A stretch of 64,000 nucleotides of DNA from a virus. Shown in pieces: positions 27,090-37,849 of this stretch. How positions within the stretch are numbered: position 1 is the first letter of the stretch; each line of letters opens with the position of its first letter. The translations under genes and the position numbers were made by a program. Under the pieces are notes generated by a model. It was not told the DNA's origin. It made no database searches and saw nothing but the letters and a program-made list of their open reading frames with translations. The DNA lies in IMG/VR virus record IMGVR_UViG_3300036770_003326, positions 25,530 to 89,529 of that record. One strand, 5' to 3'.

Positions 27090-27356
27090 ATGAAAAAAAC
27101 TGAACAGCTTACTAGAGTAAGATTAGACGAACTAAGTTTATATCTACAAACAATATATCAGCAGTATGGCAAAAAAACTAATCAAGAATATGCTGATTTA
27201 GTGCAGCATCATTTTAAAGTAGAATGTAGTACTCAAGATATAGAATTTATAGAAGACTTAGAGCACCACAAAAAACAATTAGATTATGAACTAATATCCA
27301 GAAGAGAAGAATATTTTAGATCTCAAGGATTATCAAACTTTTTAGATTATGAGTAA
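27090..27356 (+). CDS. Hypothetical protein
   Basis: 88-aa ORF coupled to the next gene. Confidence 0.55.
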   Translation: MKKTEQLTRVRLDELSLYLQTIYQQYGKKTNQEYADLVQHHFKVECSTQDIEFIEDLEHHKKQLDYELISRREEYFRSQGLSNFLDYE

Positions 27357-27597
27357 TAGTGTAATACAAGAAATTATCACAAGATTAGAAACAGAGTATG
27401 ATAAAGCTCACAGTGTTGAATCTAAAAGTATATTAGCATATCTAACAGGGCTGTTAAAAAATAATTATGTTATTAAAGAAAAAAATCTTTTAGAAAAATT
27501 TTACATTAAAGGCATAATGCAGAGTATAGATAGTTTTGAAAATGATACTATTTTAAAATCTTTTGACGATCTTTATAATCAAGAAAACTTAACATGA
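27349..27597 (+). CDS. Hypothetical protein
   Basis: 82-aa ORF. Confidence 0.55.
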   Translation: MSNSVIQEIITRLETEYDKAHSVESKSILAYLTGLLKNNYVIKEKNLLEKFYIKGIMQSIDSFENDTILKSFDDLYNQENLT

Positions 27598-27809
27598 TGA
27601 AAGATAGTTTATTATTATTAGCAGCCGTAGCTATATGGACATACATGGGTATGTATGGCTATATTTATTGGACACAAAAAACCAATGATTATTTACACAG
27701 AAAATGGAGAAGGGATGAGATAAAATTAATACCTATAATGGGAATTTTAGGTATTTTTTCTTATGTAGTGGGGCATATTATTTTTAATAACAACAAATAT
27801 AAAAACTAA
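27594..27809 (+). CDS. Small membrane protein
   Basis: Two hydrophobic segments. Confidence 0.5.
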   Translation: MMKDSLLLLAAVAIWTYMGMYGYIYWTQKTNDYLHRKWRRDEIKLIPIMGILGIFSYVVGHIIFNNNKYKN

Positions 27810-28022
27810 AAAAAAAAATTATGGAGAATTACAAAATAGTAGAAAATGCACATGGTTCTTTTAACATTAAAAAAAGAACATTATTATTCTTTTGGAAATA
27901 TTTACCGCATCCAAAATATTCTAACGTAATATGGCATAGTAAGACTCGTAGAGGCGCACAAGCTTATATTAACTTACTAGTTAAAAAATAGATAATTATT
28001 ATCTGTAAAATCTTAAATTAAT

Positions 28023-29777
28023 ATGATTTATTTAGTAACTAACCAACGGAGTTTATTTAATTCCGTTGGTTATATTATATGTGATGTAGAAGAATCTTTA
28101 AAATATTTAAATAACCTTGATATAATAGCAGTCGATACAGAAACTATGGGTATGGATCCCTATACTTGTAATTTAGTTTCTTTGCAATTAGGCGATAACG
28201 ACAAGCAATATGTAATAGATGTTAATACAGTAGATATCAAAGTATATAAAGAATTACTTGAGAGTAAAACACTAATATTTCATAATGCAAAATTTGATTT
28301 AAGGTTTTTATATCATCATAATATAGTACCAAAGAAAATATTTGATACTTTTTTAGTAGAAAGAATATTGTTTACGGGCATAGACTCTGCAAGAAAATCT
28401 TTAGATGCTGTAGTGCATAAATACTGCAAAATAGAACTTGATAAAACTGTTCGCGGTGCCATTCACAGAGAAGGTTTGAGTACAAGAGTAATAAAATATG
28501 CTGCTTACGATGTAAAGTTTCTTCATGAAGTAATGAGAAAACAACAAGTATTTCTACAAGAACATAACTTAACTCGTACTGCTAGTTTAGACAATGAATT
28601 TGTTAAAGTTCTAGCTTATATAGAGTATTGTGGTTTTTATCTAAATCCTAAAGATTGGCAAAAAAAGTGCGAAGAAGACTTGAAAGATCTAAACGTCATA
28701 AAAGCACAATTGGATCAATTTATTCTAGATAATCCTGAAAAATATAGCAAGTATATAGACAATCAATTAAGTTTATTTGACGAAGGAACAAAATGTAAAT
28801 TAAACTGGGCTTCTTCTCATCAAGTAATTCCTTTTATGCAAAGTCTAGGTGTTGATACTCTTACTAAAGATAAACAAACAGGCTTATCTAAACATTCTGT
28901 AGATAAAAAAGTAATAGGGCCACAAAAGAAAAAACATCCTATTATTAAAACTTATATAGAATTTACTGAGCATCAAAAAGTTGTAAGTACTTATGGTGAA
29001 AATTGGTTTAATTATATTAATCCTGTTACTAAACGTGTACATAGCAATTATCAGCAAATTATGAATACTGGTAGATTATCTAGTGGTCAAAAAGGAGATA
29101 GAAAGAAAAACTTACCACAATTGCCTAATATGCAAAATATACCTAGTGATTCTAGAACTAGATCATGTTTTCAAGCACAAAAAGGTAACAAACTTATAGT
29201 GAGTGACTATTCTGGCCAAGAACAAATAGTATTGGCTAATAAGAGTTTGGATCCTGACTTGTTATATTTTTATTCTCAAGGTCTTGGAGATATGCATAGT
29301 TTTGTTGCAAGTAAAATATTTCCTGAGCTTAGTAATTTAACTCTTGATGAGATTAAAAACAACCACAAAGACAAACGACAGATTGCTAAAGGTGCTGGTT
29401 TTGCGATAAATTATGGTGGTACTGGAATTACTATTTCTCAAAATCTTTCTATTTCTATGGAAGAAGGCGAAAAAGTATATCAAGAATATTTTAAAGCATT
29501 TCCTGGATTAGCTAATTATTTTAAACAAGAAAAACAAAAGGCTTTAAAACTAGGCTATATAGAGTTTAATAATATTAGCAACCGTAAATGTTTTATAGAT
29601 TATTTTCAAGACTTTACTAGATTGCACAATGATATTTATAATACAGAAGGTTTTTGGGAAAATTACAAACACGAAAAAGAAAATAATACTGAAAAATTTA
29701 AATTGTTCTATAAACCCAAAGTACGTGAATATTTTATGAAAAAAGGTGATATTGAACGTATGTCACTTAATTATCCT
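28023..29777 (+). CDS. polA: DNA polymerase family A, exon 1
   Basis: 3'-5' exonuclease motifs DTET, HNAKFD, YAAYD; TGRLSS; motif A DYSGQE; motif B RQIAKGAGFAINYG; ends at NYP. Confidence 0.93.
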
Positions 29778-30619
29778 AAATGAATGGGACCTTACTCAGT
29801 GATGAGTATTGCAAACTCCGTGAATTGCTGGAAGGCTAAGGGCACGTCCGCCTATGCTAATCAGCAGCCAAGACTACTAGGAATAGTAGTAAGGTTCAGA
29901 GACTAGGTTATGGAGACCAGAACGGTCGGTAAAAACCCACGAGTGCGGAGCATCTTTAATTAATTATCCAAATAAACTATTAGGATAATTAAAACAATTT
30001 AAGTATTTTTGCTAAAATATTAAAACTATGATAGCAAAAAAATGTAGTAAATGCCAAAAAGTACTTCCTATAGAAGAATTTTATAAATATGCCAAAAGTA
30101 AAGACGGGTTAACACATCATTGTCAGCATTGTTATAGAAAATATAGGAAAGAAAAACAAGAACATTATCGTCAATATATGGAAAATCGTAGAAAAACTGA
30201 TAATGAACGTGTCAAACAAATGAAAAATAAGTCTTGGCAAAATTTAGATCCTAGGAAAAAAATGTTACAACAAGTTAAAAATCGTTGTAATAGAAAAAAC
30301 TTAGAATTTAATTTAGAATTAGAAGATATTATTTTACCGCCAGTATGTCCATTATTAGAAATACCTTTTGTTGTAGGTACTAGAGATAATTATGAACACA
30401 CATATAGTTTAGATAGGATAGACTCTTCTAAAGGATATATTAAAGGTAATGTTTGGGTAATTACAAAGTTGGCAAATTCTATGAAAAACTCTGCTTCTAA
30501 AGAAGAGTTAGTAGTTTTTGCTAAAAACATATTTAAATATTTTAAAGATGATGATATAGTCCGAACTGTATAGAAATATACAGAAATATGAGATAAAGAG
30601 CTCATATAGTAACAAATTG
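29778..30619 (+). mobile_element. Group I self-splicing intron in polA
   Basis: Exon ends in U and intron ends in G; splicing restores NYP|IQG; core elements AATTGCTGGAA, AATCAGCAGC, GTTCAGAGACTA, GATATAGTCC; TGAAT pairs with 3' exon ATTCA (P10) and GGGA pairs with 5' exon TCCT (P1). Confidence 0.93.
30028..30573 (+). CDS. Intron-encoded homing endonuclease (Zn-finger plus HNH-like)
   Basis: CSKC...CQHC; CPLL; SLDRIDSSKGYIKGNVWVIT..AN.MKN. Confidence 0.85.
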   Translation: MIAKKCSKCQKVLPIEEFYKYAKSKDGLTHHCQHCYRKYRKEKQEHYRQYMENRRKTDNERVKQMKNKSWQNLDPRKKMLQQVKNRCNRKNLEFNLELEDIILPPVCPLLEIPFVVGTRDNYEHTYSLDRIDSSKGYIKGNVWVITKLANSMKNSASKEELVVFAKNIFKYFKDDDIVRTV

Positions 30620-30874
30620 ATTCAAGGATCTTCTGCTGACATTACAAAACTTGCAGGTATATATTTCTTTAGGTATTTAGAAGAAAATAATTTAGTATTT
30701 AAAGTGCTTATGCCTAATGTAGTTCATGACGAATGGATTGTAGAAAGTCCTGAAAACATGGCTGAAGAAATAAGTAAAGTCTTAAAACAATGTATGGAAG
30801 ATGCTGGTAAATTATTTTGCCCTGTTGTAAAATTATCTGCTGATCCACATATCACTGATTATTGGGAGCATTAA
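30620..30874 (+). CDS. polA: DNA polymerase family A, exon 2
   Basis: IQGSSADITK and motif C VHDE. Confidence 0.93.
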   Translation: MQGSSADITKLAGIYFFRYLEENNLVFKVLMPNVVHDEWIVESPENMAEEISKVLKQCMEDAGKLFCPVVKLSADPHITDYWEH

Positions 30875-30884
30875 AAAATAAAAT

Positions 30885-31277
30885 ATGGAAAAAGATATAA
30901 ATTTTAACGAGTTTGATGTATTAATAAATAACTACGAGAAGAAAATAGAAATATTGAAAAAATGTAAATACTATTACAATTATTTTAAAAAAGTAAAAAA
31001 TTCTAAAAATAGTTACTTAGTAGAATTGCGCACTAAAATAGGTAAAGAATTATATGATATGGGTGCTAGTCTTACTGAAGTAGGCAAAGCAATTGGAAGA
31101 AATCATTGTACTGTAATACATAATAGAAAAACAAGTGCTCATAGGTATATAGAAGATATAGTAGAAGAAAATGCTCATTACTGGATAGAAAATAATTTGT
31201 ATCCAAGTACTTTAAGTGTGAAAAAATACAATCAACCTTATAAAGTAACTTTTAAATTAGTAAAAAAAGATGACTAG
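30885..31277 (+). CDS. DnaA C-terminal-like HTH protein
   Basis: SLTEVGKAIGRNHCTVIH resembles DnaA domain IV SL..IG..FG.RDHTTV.H. Confidence 0.6.
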   Translation: MEKDINFNEFDVLINNYEKKIEILKKCKYYYNYFKKVKNSKNSYLVELRTKIGKELYDMGASLTEVGKAIGRNHCTVIHNRKTSAHRYIEDIVEENAHYWIENNLYPSTLSVKKYNQPYKVTFKLVKKDD

Positions 31278-32523
31278 AACAGAAAGACAAATAGAAGTTC
31301 TAAAGCGTTGGCGATTAAATAATTATAGTGGCATATTTCAAGCAGCTACAGGTTTTGGTAAAACTTATACTGCTATTATGGCTATAAAAGGCATGGTGCC
31401 AAGAGCTGGAATACAATCATGTTTGATTGTAGTTCCTACAATTGCCTTAAAAAATCAATGGGAAAAAGAATTAGAGGTTCATAAAGTAAATTTTGCTGAA
31501 GTATTAGTAATTAATACTGCTATCAAACAAAATAGAAATTATGATTTTTTAATTCTTGACGAGTGCCATAGATACGCTGCAGAAAGCTTCAGAAAAATAT
31601 TTGAATTAGTAGAATTTAAATATATTTTAGGCCTAACTGCTACTTTAGAACGTGAAGATAACCTTCATGAAATAATTTTAGAGTATCTACAAGTAATAGA
31701 TAAAATTACTGTTGATGAAGCATTAGAAAATAATTGGATATCTCCTTACACAGTTTATAATATTGCTGTGCCTCTTAGTGCTGCTGAACAAATAGATTAT
31801 AATAAATCTGACAATGCTTTTAAACATTTTGCTGCTAAACTTGGCTATGGTGGTCAAGCTTTTAAAAATGCAGGAGCATTCTTAAAATCTAGTGATAAAG
31901 CTTTACAAGGCCAAGCAGGTGCTTATTATAATGCAATGAGAAAGCGCAAAAATATTTGTTTAAATAACTCAAATAAAATAGACGCAGTAGACAAGATTAT
32001 AAAGAATACGGGAAAACGTAATGGCTTGATATTTAGTGCGACTACAGAATTTGCAGAAAGTTTGCAAGATAAACTTGGGGATATTTGTATGACTTTTCAT
32101 AGCAAAATAACAAAAAAGGTGCAAAAAGAAATAGTAGCGAGGTTCAAAGACAAAAGGACTAAAGTACGCTATTTAAGTACTGTACAAGCTCTAAACGAGG
32201 GCTTTAATGTGCCTGATTGTTCTTTGGCTATTATTGCGGGCAGTAACTCAACAAAACGCACATTTATACAGCAATTAGGGCGGGTAGTTCGTATGCAACC
32301 AGACAAACAAGCAGTTATCATAAACCTTTATAGTCCAGGTACTCAAGATGAAGTTTGGATGAGAAAAAGGCTAGATGGAATTGATAAAAATCGAGTATTT
32401 TTTTGTAACTTAGATGAGTTTTTAAATCAATTTATTTATGGAGATAACCTTGAGTTTGGCGCTGATGAAGCGGTCCAACCTAACCCCGAATCAATTGGTG
32501 TTACTGAAATTACTATATCATAA
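31270..32523 (+). CDS. SF2 DExH helicase
   Basis: ATGFGKT, DECH, GLTAT, LNEGFNVP, QQLGRVVR. Confidence 0.9.
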   Translation: MTRTERQIEVLKRWRLNNYSGIFQAATGFGKTYTAIMAIKGMVPRAGIQSCLIVVPTIALKNQWEKELEVHKVNFAEVLVINTAIKQNRNYDFLILDECHRYAAESFRKIFELVEFKYILGLTATLEREDNLHEIILEYLQVIDKITVDEALENNWISPYTVYNIAVPLSAAEQIDYNKSDNAFKHFAAKLGYGGQAFKNAGAFLKSSDKALQGQAGAYYNAMRKRKNICLNNSNKIDAVDKIIKNTGKRNGLIFSATTEFAESLQDKLGDICMTFHSKITKKVQKEIVARFKDKRTKVRYLSTVQALNEGFNVPDCSLAIIAGSNSTKRTFIQQLGRVVRMQPDKQAVIINLYSPGTQDEVWMRKRLDGIDKNRVFFCNLDEFLNQFIYGDNLEFGADEAVQPNPESIGVTEITIS

Positions 32524-32998
32524 TGATATAGAAAGTATAGTAGCAATATTTGGTAAATCTGAAGCGCTAATTATTAGAAATAGTTTAATTGGATCTAATT
32601 ATATTTTATCAGGAAATACAAAATTTACTGATACTATATTAAGCAAGAAAAATATTGAAAAATTACTTGATATAAGATCTGATGAAATTAATTTTTGGGA
32701 GTTTTATAATTGCTATCCTATTAAAGTGGGTCCTAGAGTATTAAGAGCTGCGGGACCTACTTCACAAATAGCATTAAAACACGAAAAAAAGTATTTAGCG
32801 AGAGTTAGAACTATTGAAGCACACCAACAAGCTGTAAGTGCTATACAATCTTTTGTAGCTAAACAAAAACAAGCTGGAAAATTAAATTTTCTTCCTAACA
32901 TGGAAACTGTTTTAAATAATTCTATGTGGGAACAGTGGTTTATATTTATTCAAGAGACGGGTATAGAAGAACAAGAATGGAATAATGATCAAATATAG
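32438..32998 (+). CDS. Putative replication initiator/helicase loader
   Basis: FWEFYNCYP.K and LNN..WE motifs; directly upstream of the DnaB-like gene. Confidence 0.45.
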   Translation: MEITLSLALMKRSNLTPNQLVLLKLLYHNDIESIVAIFGKSEALIIRNSLIGSNYILSGNTKFTDTILSKKNIEKLLDIRSDEINFWEFYNCYPIKVGPRVLRAAGPTSQIALKHEKKYLARVRTIEAHQQAVSAIQSFVAKQKQAGKLNFLPNMETVLNNSMWEQWFIFIQETGIEEQEWNNDQI

Positions 32999-33001
32999 TA
33001 T

Positions 33002-34081
33002 ATGGCAAAAATTAAATATTGGGACAAGTTAAAAAATAATATAGAAAGAGGCAAACAGGGATTAAATAAAGGCATCCCGTTTCAAGGCTTTACTACTTTA
33101 AGTAATCACATTAAAAATATTCAACCAGGTCGTTATGATTTAATTTTTGCAGGTACTAGTGTAGGTAAGACAGCTTTTGTTAATAGTACCTATGTGTATG
33201 GAGCTATAGATTTTATTCAAGCAAACCCTAATTATGTACATGATGTAGAGATTATTTACTATTCTCTAGAAATTCCTCCTGAGCATCAAATTGCCAAGCA
33301 TATTGCTAATTTAATTTGGAGAGAACATGGCATATTAACAAGTTTAAATGAAATACTATCTATAGGTGGGGAGATATTAAGACCAGAAGTAGAAGAGTTG
33401 ATTCCTTTATATGAATCTAGGATGCAAGAAATACAAGATAAATATTTACATTATCGAAGTACTTTGAGTCCTGAGTATTTATATAAAGATGTGATGGGGT
33501 ATGCTGAGAGCAGGGGTGAGATTATAAGAAATGAAGATGGTTTAATAGTAAACTATATTCCTAAAAATCCAGGGTTAATTACTCTTATTGTGATAGATCA
33601 TATTGGTTTGATTAATTATAACAATCATAAAGATCTTAAAGAAGCAATAGACAAAGTATCAAGAACTTTAGTGTTTTTTAGAAATATGTTTAATTACAGC
33701 CCTGTAGTAATTTCTCAAATTAATCGTGGGTCTGAAAATATGGAACGTAGAGAAAATGACAACTGGATGCCTATGTTAAGCGATATAAAAAACACTGGTA
33801 ATATTGCAGAGGATGCTAATACCGTTATAGGTATAGCAAGTCCATTTTATTATGGAGTGGATAAGTGTTTGGGGTATGATATTACTAAATATAAAAATCG
33901 CTACAGGCTAGCAAAAATTTGCAAGAACCGTGATGGTGATGTAAATAAAATAGCTAGTTTTTTATTTATTGGAGAAATCGGTGGTTATTACCAATTACCG
34001 AAAGCAGAAGAACTTCAGGGAAATAAACCTGAAGAATTAGCAAAAATTGATAAATACTATTTTAATCAAAAAACAAAGTAA
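33002..34081 (+). CDS. DnaB-like replicative helicase
   Basis: AGTSVGKT, YSLE, VIDHIG, ISQINR, IAEDAN, KNRDG. Confidence 0.85.
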   Translation: MAKIKYWDKLKNNIERGKQGLNKGIPFQGFTTLSNHIKNIQPGRYDLIFAGTSVGKTAFVNSTYVYGAIDFIQANPNYVHDVEIIYYSLEIPPEHQIAKHIANLIWREHGILTSLNEILSIGGEILRPEVEELIPLYESRMQEIQDKYLHYRSTLSPEYLYKDVMGYAESRGEIIRNEDGLIVNYIPKNPGLITLIVIDHIGLINYNNHKDLKEAIDKVSRTLVFFRNMFNYSPVVISQINRGSENMERRENDNWMPMLSDIKNTGNIAEDANTVIGIASPFYYGVDKCLGYDITKYKNRYRLAKICKNRDGDVNKIASFLFIGEIGGYYQLPKAEELQGNKPEELAKIDKYYFNQKTK

Positions 34082-34082
34082 A

Positions 34083-34526
34083 ATGCCTATTGTAAAAAGA
34101 GTAAAAAGTAGTAATGTTTTAGAAACATTGCAACAAAATGGAAGTATTAAACTTCTAGCATTAAATTTAAATTGTGTAAAAAGCCAGGAGGCTCATCAAG
34201 AATTGTTTACTCAATTTCCTGAATTAAAATATATAGATGATAACTTTGAGTTACCAGCATTATATAGATTAGGAGATTATAGTGTAGCTACAACAGAATC
34301 TGGATTAGCATTTTTATTGTTTTATACACAACTAGACAAAACTGGGGAAATGGAAATTTCAGCTTTAAAATCTTGTCTAAAAAAATTAAGTGGCGAAGCT
34401 ATTAATAGTGGTAATTATATTTCATTTGCTATGATAAAACCTAGCGATGCAAAAACATGGGATATAGTACAAAAACTATTAAGTTTTCAGGAATATTTAC
34501 TAATAACTATTATTGAAAATGATTAA
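34083..34526 (+). CDS. Degenerate macrodomain-like protein
   Basis: Motif order NC..FPE..LGDYSVA..YTQ..ALKSCLKKL..W.IV matches phage macro/Poa1-like proteins, but the Gly-rich loops are absent. Confidence 0.5.
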   Translation: MPIVKRVKSSNVLETLQQNGSIKLLALNLNCVKSQEAHQELFTQFPELKYIDDNFELPALYRLGDYSVATTESGLAFLLFYTQLDKTGEMEISALKSCLKKLSGEAINSGNYISFAMIKPSDAKTWDIVQKLLSFQEYLLITIIEND

Positions 34527-34809
34527 AGATAAGTATGATTGGGTAAAAGATAAGCTTACTCTTTATCCTGTACTTAGAGATTCTACTGAAAGATTGTATT
34601 ACATATATCTTCTGGAAATAGATTACGATGTGAACAAACCTTTTAAACAAGTTCTAAAAGATATGGAAGCTAGGATAATTCCTTATATAGATTCTTTTGG
34701 TAGAGCTTCTCGTAAAGTACAAGAAGAGCATCCTCATCTTAGAGGTAAATTGTACAATAAACGCAAAAGAAAGCAAGAAGAAGTAAAGCAAGAAATTAAA
34801 GATATTTAA
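34513..34809 (+). CDS. Hypothetical protein
   Basis: RASRKVQEEHPHLRG motif. Confidence 0.6.
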   Translation: MKMIKDKYDWVKDKLTLYPVLRDSTERLYYIYLLEIDYDVNKPFKQVLKDMEARIIPYIDSFGRASRKVQEEHPHLRGKLYNKRKRKQEEVKQEIKDI

Positions 34810-34874
34810 GCTCTAAAAGCCTTGTGTATTCTAGAAAAAATTCGTAAATTTATTAAATAATCTAAAACAATTTT

Positions 34875-35549
34875 ATGGCACAATTAGTATTCCTGGTTGG
34901 AAAATCGGGTATGGGTAAATCTACCTCATTGAGAAACCTAAACCCTGATGAAACTGTAATTATCAACACTGATCAAAAAGCGTTGCCTTTCAAACAGTTT
35001 AATCTAAAATATAATGAGGAAAGAAAGAATTACAAAAAGACTTCTGATGCTGTAGAAGTCTATAAAGTACTGAACAAAGTAAACAGCATGGAAAATGTTA
35101 AAACTGTTGTAATAGATACTTGGTCAAGAATTATGACTGACGCTATTATGTCACAAAGTTTTCGTGCAGAAAAAGGCTTTGATAAATGGTCTAAGATGGC
35201 CGCTAATCAATATGATTTAATTAATTATATTAACGACGGTATGAGAGATGATATAATAGTATATCTAATGGCTCATCCTGAAACTCATTTTGATGAAAAC
35301 GGCTTTTCTACTGAACGTATTGGCGTACAAGGTAAAATGCTTGAGCGTTTTGTGCCAGAAAGTTTTAGTACCATAGTACTTTATGCAGAAATTATCAAAC
35401 AGCCTGGACAAGCTAACAAACATGTATTTAGAACTGTATCTTCAGGTTCTGATACTTGTAAAACGCCTTTAGAAATGTTTGAAACAGACAGTGTAGAAAA
35501 TGATTTATTACTTGTAAATCAAAAAATTAGAGAATATTATTCAATTTAA
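34875..35549 (+). CDS. AAA-type P-loop ATPase (Sak4/AAA_24-like)
   Basis: GKSGMGKSTS, VVIDT, C-terminal KTP..MF. Confidence 0.8.
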   Translation: MAQLVFLVGKSGMGKSTSLRNLNPDETVIINTDQKALPFKQFNLKYNEERKNYKKTSDAVEVYKVLNKVNSMENVKTVVIDTWSRIMTDAIMSQSFRAEKGFDKWSKMAANQYDLINYINDGMRDDIIVYLMAHPETHFDENGFSTERIGVQGKMLERFVPESFSTIVLYAEIIKQPGQANKHVFRTVSSGSDTCKTPLEMFETDSVENDLLLVNQKIREYYSI

Positions 35550-35566
35550 AAATAAAATAAAAACAA

Positions 35567-36160
35567 ATGGAAGATTTAATTTGGGACGGAGTACCCGCAC
35601 AAAGAAAGAAAAGAGAAGAGAAATTTTCATTTCCTGTAATAACATTGGCAGCATTGGATAAGCCAGGAGCGGGGAGAAAATTTATATTTAATAAGGCTGC
35701 ACAAGAATTATTAAATATTCAAGGTGAAGAAAGAGTTTCTTTTGGATTTAGCGCTGATAGAAGTATTATTGCGGTTCGTAAAGCTACTGATATAAATTCT
35801 GGTATTCAGCTTACTAAAACTTGTACTATTAGTGATAAGAAAACTTATGAGTTTATTGCTAAAATTCTTAATCTAGATACTAGTGTAGAAAATAATTTTG
35901 AAATAGTATCTAACGGGTCTTTAAATACTTTAAAATTGCACACAAATATTGGTGTAATAGACGAAGTTGTAATAGAAGAATCTCAAGATAATTTTGAAGT
36001 AACTCAAGAGCAAGCAGTAATGCCTGAGCCTGAAGCTATTGAAGAAGAAGAAATAGAAGAAGATTTTTCTGATGTAGAAGTAAATATAGACGATATGCCA
36101 TTTGCTTTAGATCCAGAGTTTTCTAAAGGAACAGAAGATAATACAGAAGAAGGTTGGTAA
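35567..36160 (+). CDS. Hypothetical protein with acidic tail
   Basis: 197-aa ORF. Confidence 0.6.
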   Translation: MEDLIWDGVPAQRKKREEKFSFPVITLAALDKPGAGRKFIFNKAAQELLNIQGEERVSFGFSADRSIIAVRKATDINSGIQLTKTCTISDKKTYEFIAKILNLDTSVENNFEIVSNGSLNTLKLHTNIGVIDEVVIEESQDNFEVTQEQAVMPEPEAIEEEEIEEDFSDVEVNIDDMPFALDPEFSKGTEDNTEEGW

Positions 36161-36181
36161 TTAATAATTAAATAAATAAAT

Positions 36182-36790
36182 ATGTATAATTTAAATGATT
36201 CGAGTTTTGACTCAAAAGGTAGTGTAATTATTTTTAACGATGGTAAAGCAGGTCTAGTAGAAAATGTAACTATGACTGTTTCTAAAAAGAAACCTGAAGA
36301 TAAAGAAAACGCTCCTGATTACAAAGTAATATTTACTGACGCAAACGGTGGCGAATGTTCTACTTCTTATTGGTATGTTACTAAAGCTACTGAGTATGCT
36401 ACTATTGAAGACCAAGTTAAAAAACAAGGTACAGCAATGAAGCATATTATTCATGCTATTTACGGAAAAGATTTTCAAATTCCTGTAAATGCTACAACTC
36501 CGCAACAGTTACTTGATCAGTCTATGAAAGTTATTCGTGACGGTCTTGCATCTGGTGCTAAGTTTAGAATATTTGCTACTTATGGTACTCTAAATTCTAC
36601 AAAAAATTATATTCAACCTCGTAGTTGGGTTCCTTTTGTAGAAAATATGAGCCATCCTGTTACAGAGACAGCGTTGAAATTATCTTCTAATGTTGACGCA
36701 ATGGAGCGTCTTACAGAAGATAATGTAGCTCCTACAAAATCTAATGAGAGTCTTGCTAATAGCATTATCTCTGATGGAGACGATTGGTAA
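36182..36790 (+). CDS. Putative single-stranded DNA-binding protein
   Basis: Near the Sak4-like ATPase; acidic C-terminus ending DDW; own terminator. Confidence 0.5.
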   Translation: MYNLNDSSFDSKGSVIIFNDGKAGLVENVTMTVSKKKPEDKENAPDYKVIFTDANGGECSTSYWYVTKATEYATIEDQVKKQGTAMKHIIHAIYGKDFQIPVNATTPQQLLDQSMKVIRDGLASGAKFRIFATYGTLNSTKNYIQPRSWVPFVENMSHPVTETALKLSSNVDAMERLTEDNVAPTKSNESLANSIISDGDDW

Positions 36791-36809
36791 AAAGTGGTTT
36801 AATTAAAAT

Positions 36810-36842
36810 AAAGGGAAGTAGGAATTAACTACTTCCCTTTTC
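36810..36842 (+). terminator. Intrinsic terminator
   Basis: aaagggaagtag / ctacttcccttt. Confidence 0.7.
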
Positions 36843-36847
36843 TTGTT

Positions 36848-37849
36848 ATGGAAAAGATAGACTTAAATTCATTAATGTTTAATGCTCTTATTACAAGAGA
36901 AGATATTCTTAAACATGTAACACAAGAAGAAATATATGGGTTTTATATGGGTGAAAATATTAAGAATTTAGGTGTGTATCATAGTCCGTTACGGGAAGAT
37001 AATATACCTTCTTTTGCTTTGTATTTTCATAAAATACATCATAATACTCTTATGTTCAAAGATTTTGCAACTAATGATTGCGGTGATTTTGTTGTATTAG
37101 TTATGAAGTTATTTAATCTAAATTATTCTAATGCATTATTTAAGATAGCATATGATTTTGGGCTATCTAGTTTAAATATTTCTAGCAATAAGGTTAATAT
37201 AAATTATACTAAGTTAGAACACAAAGAACGTGTAAATCTAGCTGTAAAGCTTAGACAATGGGAAAAACATGATAAAGATTATTGGACTAGCTTTAATATT
37301 AGAAAGAGCACTCTACATAAATTTAGTGTATTTCCAATTAGTCATGTGTTTTATAATTCTAATGCTGTCAAAACTCATAAATATGCTTATGTATATGTAG
37401 AAGAAAAAGATGGAATAGTAACTTATAAAATATACCAACCTTTTGAAAACAAGCAGAAAAAGTGGATTAATAACGCTAATTATACTGTACACCAGGGTTA
37501 TAAACAACTGCCAAATACAGGAGAATTATTGATAATAACTAAATCTTTAAAAGATGTTATGAGTATTCACGATACTTTAAACATTGCTGCTATAGGTTTA
37601 CAATCTGAATCTGTGATGATGAAGGAAAGTGTAATGGAAGAATATAAATCTAGATTTAAAAGAGTAGTATGTCTATTTGACAATGATGAAGCAGGTAGAA
37701 AGTTATCTGTAGGTTTTACAGAAAGGTACGATGTTCCACACATATTTGTACCTGAGTTACCTAAAGTAACAGACTTTAGTGACTTAGTAAAAGTAGTAGG
37801 ACAGCAAGAAGCTGTTGAAATTTTAAAAAAATTAATTAAAGAAATATGA
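36848..37849 (+). CDS. DnaG-type primase
   Basis: SPLREDNIPSF, KDFA, TOPRIM motifs IITKSLKDVM and FDNDEAG, TDFSD. Confidence 0.85.
   Translation: MEKIDLNSLMFNALITREDILKHVTQEEIYGFYMGENIKNLGVYHSPLREDNIPSFALYFHKIHHNTLMFKDFATNDCGDFVVLVMKLFNLNYSNALFKIAYDFGLSSLNISSNKVNINYTKLEHKERVNLAVKLRQWEKHDKDYWTSFNIRKSTLHKFSVFPISHVFYNSNAVKTHKYAYVYVEEKDGIVTYKIYQPFENKQKKWINNANYTVHQGYKQLPNTGELLIITKSLKDVMSIHDTLNIAAIGLQSESVMMKESVMEEYKSRFKRVVCLFDNDEAGRKLSVGFTERYDVPHIFVPELPKVTDFSDLVKVVGQQEAVEILKKLIKEI

Noticed and set aside
29781-29783. TGA stop-codon reassignment/readthrough in polA
   Set aside because: The break is fully explained by the group I intron. TAG and TGA end normal-length genes elsewhere, so no recoding is evident.
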